From assembly GCF_006345805.1 (NCBI RefSeq), contig NC_043018.1, positions 5,208,001 through 5,272,000 of the forward strand: DNA of 64,000 nt, in the 5' to 3' direction. A program made the position numbers and the translations under genes. Numbering within the stretch: the first letter of the stretch is position 1; the number at the start of each line of letters is the position of its first letter. Below are positions 56,236 through 64,000 of this stretch, piece after piece. The notes under the pieces are model-generated. The model made no database searches and was not told the origin of the DNA. It saw only the letters and a program-made list of their open reading frames with translations. This DNA comes from Octopus sinensis (lineage: Eukaryota).

Positions 56236-58292
56236 ATATATATTTGTTGTTATATTGTTATATAAAGCATAGGTGTAGCTTTGTGGTAAGTAGTTTGCTT
56301 CTCAACCGTATGGTTCTCACCTCAGCCCCACTACGTGATATCTTAGGCAAGTGTTTTCTACTATTCCTTCGAACCAACCAAAGCCTTGTGAGTGAAGCTC
56401 GATACATTGGTAGGTATTTAACTTAAATACTGCCTGGATAGCGTGTATTCTTCTCCGCTGAATTACTTTGGCGGAGATTCAAATAAATATCGGAGATATC
56501 TATATATATATCTAATGCAAAAATTTTTCCTTGCTGTTATTTTCGTAGTTATATTTCATTTTCCTATTGTTCATCTCCACAATCGAGTCCCGTAATAAAA
56601 GCTATTTTTCACATTAAACAACTGTTATAGGATAATTGAGAGTTCGTTTGATTCCATCTAATTTCGCATTTTACATTTTAGATTTGCTGCTTTTCTATAA
56701 ATCTAGTTCATGGGTTAATAGGTTGTCCATTAATGATGGATGTATATGTGTATACATCCCTTATAAGTGTGTATACGCGTGTATAACCATCAACGTATGT
56801 AGTCAAAATACGTATTATGCATGTATTTATAAACGTGTGTCTATTAAAATCGCGAGAAATTTTGTAGAAAATATACAACAGTATACATAGGAATAAATTT
56901 TTAAATATATAAATTTACGTTAAACTGTCAAACAAATTTTCGCTGACACATGCACATCAATACACACTGTCACATGCATAGTAGCACATATACACAGACG
57001 TGTGTGTATATGATCATGCATAGCTATAAGTATACACACACACACACACACATATATACGTGTATAAAAACACACAACCATGTGTATACATGCGGCGAGT
57101 GCTTTCAAAAATGATCTACGTGTTAATATACACATACCTACACATATGTATCATACATACAATACATATTAATTTATAGATACATTAATATATACATAGA
57201 TGCATGCGAAGAGGGAAAAGCACCTGAAACAAAGACTCTGCAAAATAAACATACATGTATATGTATAACATATGCACGTTTATGTATGTATATAACTGTA
57301 TGTGTATAAGCAATGTGTATATGCATATCTGGAGCAGTGTCTCTTGCATCTATTTAAACCCATGCCTAAAACAAATGTTTATTTAGACTTTATTATGAAA
57401 ATGATTTTGAAAAACAAAAAGAAAAAACAAAAAAACCCGAAAAAATGACGATTATATGGACACTCGTTGATATTATCAAGAAATAGGATGTGACGTTTTG
57501 TTTTCCTACACAGAAGCATTTCAGTGACATGACACATCTCTTTGTGACTCTATGTGTGAGTGTGTGTGTGTGTGTATGTGTGTGTGTGTGTGTGTATGTG
57601 TGTGTGTGCGTGCGTGCTTTGCAGATATTTAAGATGCATAAAATATATTTTAAGCCTTAATACATATTGAGCAGTCTAATGATTTTTGTTCAGGGAGGTT
57701 GTATATGCATAGCTATATACATATATACATATGGAACAAACATGCACATACACTTAAATATGTGTGTGTGTGTGTGTGCATACTTACACACATATATACA
57801 TACACACATACATACATATATACGTACGTACATACATACATACATACGCATATTATACGATTCCTTCTGTAGAATAATTGCGAAGCAATATTAAGTAACA
57901 GAGAAAATATTAACATGTCTGTGGGTGATTCATGTTTTCGGGTTTTATATAAACGATTTGAAACATTAAAACTAATCTTTAGACTTTTTTTTTCCTCTTT
58001 TCTGCTATCAAAGATTTGCTGAGATTAACACAAGTAAATTTAAACGAAACCATCTCATGCCTTCTGGCGTCTACACTCGTTGTCTATATAGTTTCATATA
58101 CGTGTCTATACACATGTGTGCGTGTGTATAATTTCCTTATTTATGCTGCTGTTTCTGAGTAAAAATTACACGTTATGTCAACATGTTCCTGGGTAACCAT
58201 CTATAAAATTTTCTATTAATCAATTTATAGAAAATTATGTGTGTGTATATATACAAAATATATATGTGCGCGCACGTGTGTGTATGTTTTTG

Positions 58293-58326
<34 letters not shown>

Positions 58327-59140
58327 TATATATATATATATATATATTATATATTTATATAATATATATTTATATGAATATATATAGGGATATGGAAGTA
58401 TATATATATATATGTGCATATAAGTGTATATATTTGTATATACAAGTGTGTATGTGGGTGTGTGAGTGTGCGTGTGTCCGTGAGTATATTCGTGTGAATA
58501 TATATTCATTTATGCGTGCACATACACACACAGACATACACATATATATAGAAAAAGAGAGATACTTGTTTCTTGAAATATGTATATAATTATATATTCC
58601 CGCACGCATATACATAGAAAAATAAAATACTTAGAAAGTGATATAGGTGTCTATATCAATTTATATACATAAAAAATGTATACATATATAAATATGTGTA
58701 TAAATATCTGATCTTAAAGATTGAGTATAATATCTCAGACAAGAAACAAACCCCTCTCCCTGACCCGCTCCACCCGCACGCAGACCCATACACAATCTCA
58801 AGCACACACACGCACATATACACATACATATATATATATATATATAAACTTATAAACACACATATGAACACACTCACACATACACAGAGAGGCATAAATT
58901 CATACATGCAAGATGCCACGCATTCACATTTTTCATATAATTTTATAAATTCCACCCCGACCCCGTTCATACATTCTCCATATTATTATTATTTTTTTTT
59001 TCAGTGTCCATGGGCTATCCGATCGCATTTGCTTTCCTTCATCTTATATTGCTCTCTGGAAGACATACGTTGACATAAAGACGTATATTAAAAATGTATG
59101 CTAAACCTACAAAAATGTATACGATTCATGTATATTTTGT

Positions 59141-59190
<50 letters not shown>

Positions 59191-59902
59191 ATGTGTACGT
59201 GCATGTGTGTGTCTATGTGTATGTGTGTGTGTGTTTCATTTGGAAATATTTATTGCAAATTGAATATGATTTTTCAGATTAGAAATTTTGTAGAGAAAAA
59301 CTGTTATGAAATCTCAGTCCTGCCATTCTTTAACTGCGAAATGATGCATACACACACACACACACACACACACCACACATACACATACACTCACACACAC
59401 ATACTCACACATACATGCACGTAGATGCATATACGTAGATGCATACATATATATTTGTATACGTATAATTTCGCCTCTTTTTTCTAAGTGCTCTCATATA
59501 AGCACTCAACAATTGTGCTTCTCGATATACGCCGCATATAACTAAATAGCGAATGGTTTAATGAAATTATATAAATATTAATGGGTGCCGTTCAATCTTC
59601 AATGCATGTAGTCTTAACACAGACATAGAGACACACGCATGCGTAAAGAAACTCTCCCACACATATACCGATATGTACATATATATGTATATAAGCATGT
59701 ATATGTGTGTGTTAGTATATCTATCGATCTATGTATCTATCTATCTAGCTATCTATCTATCCATCCACCTATGTATGTATGTATGTATGTATGTATGTAT
59801 GTATGTATATATGTATATATGTATGTATGCATGTATGTATGTATGTATGTATGTATGTATCTATATATATATATATTATATACATATATATATATATATA
59901 TT

Positions 59903-59948
<46 letters not shown>

Positions 59949-61308
59949 TTTTACATTCACACTCACACACACATGTATTTATGCTCGCATATATACATAC
60001 ACAAACATATACAGACAGAGATACTTACACAGGCATAGATGAATATATAGTTGGGAAAGTAGGTTCGCAGAAAGGCAAGAGATAAATGCATAAAGAACAA
60101 CGGAAGTATGGGTATGTGTGTGGCGGGGGATGTGATCACTCAGTGCTACTTGGTTACTTGTAAAATGCGAAACAATAACCTGTCCCGGTAGGTTTGCTAG
60201 GTTAAACGGGTGGTTTTCGTTGAACACATTGCCGGACGAGTAAACGCAATAGAATCAACGGCTATCCCATATCTGCGAGTGAACTTGGTTAAATCTTTGT
60301 CTTGTTGAAGGAAATGTCCGATATAATACTTGCCACCATTTTTTGGAGAGCCCAGGACCTATTGCTTCCCAGGCTGAGAAAAGCAAACTGCCAAAAGTAT
60401 GGTATGTTTTTGGTCGAGTCTATGACCGTTGGAGATCTCCAGCGTTCTCTATAATCCTGCTCACCGCTATCGGGGCGGAGATGAATGCACGCAAGTGCGA
60501 GCCCCGTAAGTCAAGGTGAGTGTTTCAGCGGTTCTTTCTCGCCTATCTCCGAGGCAACACCTTTTTCATTTTGTTCCATGGGACTATGAGATGGTCTGTA
60601 TTACAGGAAATCGAGAGACTGTAAGGATTTCATAGCTTACTACCCGTATTACTTTCGTCCAATATAACCATTTTACTACAGAGGAAGAACCGCTCCGGTA
60701 GAATATGGTGGAAGTTCACATTGGTGATAGTTTTCGCAGACGCTGCACATAAATCTGTCCATATAATATTGTACCCGTGTAGTTTGCGCAGTTTGTGGAC
60801 TTGTTTATTGTTCAAATTTTAGTGTTTTTAAATAGTTTTTCGTTTTAAAGAAATCTGTTTTTCAGGGAATGAGATTGGTCCACTGCAAAGCCTTTCATCA
60901 CATTAAGAAATTACAAGCTCAGGTATCGATTGATATTTTAACTTCACTATTATCGGAAGGATGCATAGAATACAAGATGTTCATTCGCTGTACATCTTGT
61001 ATGTGTTGTAGATTATGATTGGCCAAATCTAGAAAAAGCAAACCAAGCAAAGAAACATATATTCAAATAAAGGCATTCACCAATGTCGGCAATAAGCTCT
61101 CTGAACACCTGCTGTAAGAGGTGTCCACCCTTGCCACATCTATGCACAAGAATGGAGTCCCTTAGCAAGACTGAAAATACATATCCATGCTACTTACATA
61201 TTAGAGAACAATCAAGCGATGGCTTGCTCAAAATCGATTTACACGTCTCTCTCTATCTCTTTCTCACACACACACACAAGTATGTATATAGATTGATGGA
61301 TGGATATA

Positions 61309-61439
61309 TTAGGTTGTCCCAAAAGTTCGTAAACACTTGCGAAAATTGAATGTTTACAATATAAACCCAAACAAACAATTAGAAGTTGCATAAAAATTCA
61401 AATTTTCGCAAGTGTTTACGAACTTTTGGGACAACCTTA
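61309..61439. mobile_element. Mariner-derived MITE (MADE-like, 131 bp)
   Basis: TIRs of about 40 bp (AGGTTGTCCCAAAAGTTCGTAAACACTTGCGAAAATT) flanked by TA on both sides. Confidence 0.88.
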
Positions 61440-62574
61440 TATAACCTGCTACATAATTAGCTAAATTGTAAGGCAATTAAATAGATAGTTAAATCGACTA
61501 TTTGATCCATATATCGATGAAAAGAGACGTATTTCAAAACATTTCGTGTTATGAGCTTCAAAATTCATACCTCAAGCCATGTATGAGAAGTGGATACGAA
61601 GGCCGAGTAATTAGTGATAGATCTGATATCAAAGATAATAAGGATTTATAAATTACCAGAGTGGAGCGAAAAATATTGATGAGATTGTATCCATTTCTCG
61701 ACTTCCCCCTTTTTATCTTCATCGCACGGAAAATCGGAGAGTGGTGTTAATATCCTGAAGATTTCCCCTCAGTCACGCCTTATCGTCTAAAATATATCGG
61801 AAGGACACATAGAATAATGTAGCCTACATTCGCTATATGTGATAAATTTAATAAAAAAAACATCTAAGGTGGTTACGGTTGGGATGTCTTTGATTCCAAG
61901 GTTGCTGCTTGAGCGAAGCTGATCTGAAGTTAAACAACCAGCAGCAACAACGTTATATAGAGCAGATTTGATAAGATTTCTGTTGATGTGAGAAAGGATT
62001 TCTTTTGCATTTCAGTTATTTTGGCAGACAAATTACTCAAATGCGCTCCAGCGATGATCATGCCATCCATTATCTTTTTACGGGGATACTCTATCTCAAG
62101 CTTCCTTCCGTATTGAAGTAACAAGGGCCGTGATTTAAGAGAGGTCTAATTGCTATTTCCAGAAGGTCCAGTTAACCCGTAGATAAACAATGTAGGAGTT
62201 GAGTTCGTAGTTAGGTCCTTGATTATGTTTTGATGGTGTTGGTGTAAGGCAAGGAGGTACAGTGAGGATAATAGGGTTCAATGATATGAAACCTTATGGA
62301 AAGATCCCTATGAGATCCCTTGAACAATTAGAAGCAGTAAAGAAATCTCGGTCGAATGAAACTTTGCATTTCCAAGTAAGGGAAGCACACATTAGACTAT
62401 GTACTCCTCGGTGTCCCTTAATTAGACGGAATGGGTATGGATGGAATGCCTATGATCATATTCCATGGCTCGTTTAGCTCATAACTGAGCTGGATCTAAG
62501 CAAGGACAACGCAACAGCAGAATTGTCAGTAGTGAAGAAGCCACCACAGTCACGACTATTTGATGAGATTGTAT

Positions 62575-63294
62575 CTACCCACCAGGACCACTACCACCAC
62601 TACCACCACCACCACCACCACCACCACCACCACCACCACCACCACCACCACCACAACCAGCAACAACAACAACAACAACAGTTACAGAAAATAGCACCAA
62701 TACGAAAGCAATGATTGTGAAGGCCCTATAGTGACCACTACACCAGTAACAACAACAACAGCAACAGCCACAGCAGCAAAACATACCACTATCACCATTA
62801 GCGCCACCACGACAAACAACAACAAATACCACCACAACAAAGTGACCATTGACACAACCATCAACACAACAATAAAAAATGAATATCGCAATCACAACAA
62901 CAAATACCAACACGAGAAAATCACAACCACTATCATCATCATCATGAACAACAGTAAATAAGAAACACCACCACTACCTCCAATAACAACAACAACAACA
63001 AGAACAACAACAACAAAAAAGGACGACAGCAACAAAAAAGGACGACCACCAGCAAGAATAACAATACAAAGATCACCAACGAAAATGGAAAAAAAAAACA
63101 ATGGAAAATTGGGATAAGTTAATCTTGGAGTAATTGTACGAGAACGTAACTTATTGGAAGAACCAATCTGGTTTCCTCGTGTGCCGTCAATGTCTTCAGT
63201 ATTTGGTCCTCTCGCTTCGAGGCGAAAACAACACCCTCCCTCCTTCTCCATACCACCATCGTCGTCGTCATCATCATCATCATCATCGACGTCG

Positions 63295-63335
<41 letters not shown>

Positions 63336-63364
63336 TACAACAACAACAACAACTACATCATCAC

Positions 63365-63396
<32 letters not shown>

Positions 63397-63433
63397 ACAT
63401 CATCTACAACAACAACAGCAACAACATCATCAC

Positions 63434-63468
<35 letters not shown>

Positions 63469-63500
63469 ACATCATCTACAACAACAACGGCAACAACAGC
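62575..63500. repeat. (CCA)/(CAA)/(CAT) trinucleotide-rich tract with unique interruptions
   Basis: Read directly; includes a duplicated unit of about 72 bp around 63330-63490. Confidence 0.8.
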
Positions 63501-63872
63501 ACTTACGGATGCCCGTAAAGTCATAAACCGTCGGCGTAACAACATTTTATATTAAACGCAAATATGGCGCTTAAAAATTCTCGCCACTTAATTGAAGTAA
63601 GACGACTGGCATCAAAGAAACATTTCTTTATAATAATATCACCGTGCCAAGATTGGTTCCTATGTATTGGTTCTATTTCCTAAATACTTTTAAATGATTT
63701 CCTTGCTTCCGATGGCGTATACCGCCATTATCCGCCGGTATTATACAACTATTTGCACGCTATGACCTTATAATGAGAATGTCTTCAAAAAGGTTTCCTG
63801 TTAGCAATAGATGTGGTGAAACTTGAAATAAACAACAAATAACAAAATAACAAATAACAAATAATAATAATG

Positions 63873-63970
<98 letters not shown>

Positions 63971-64000
63971 TGTTAGAGAAATAAAAAATTGTTTGCCACC

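Noticed and set aside
63154-63555. Ser/Thr-rich mucin-like ORF
   Set aside because: Mostly (TCA)n/(ACA)n repeat, with a non-ATG annotated start and no splice or homology support.

Overview
This is AT-rich, microsatellite-saturated animal non-coding DNA; the repeat landscape resembles octopus genomes, which is an inference. I could not support any intact host gene, and almost every ORF in the track is translated (TA)n, (CA)n, (TAA)n or (CCA)n. The recognisable content is transposon-derived: a 5'-truncated Penelope-like (Neptune-type RT plus GIY-YIG) element, a full-length frameshifted DD34D mariner, three R4/Dong-like REL-endonuclease LINE fragments, RTE-derived pieces, a non-autonomous Helitron, Kolobok-, mariner- and piggyBac-like MITEs, and many tRNA-derived SINEs. 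The signal the ORF track misses is RNA-level. More than a dozen intact or decayed minimal type-I hammerhead ribozyme motifs (CUGANGA-stem II-GAAAC-palindromic loop-GUH) sit in several unrelated small elements embedded in (TA)n or (TAA)n. They include a 469-bp-period retrozyme-like partial tandem, palindromic double-hammerhead foldbacks, and a two-copy tRNA-headed SINE with a hammerhead-bearing tail, which is a candidate Penelope-mobilised SINE. All folds were read by eye and none was computed.
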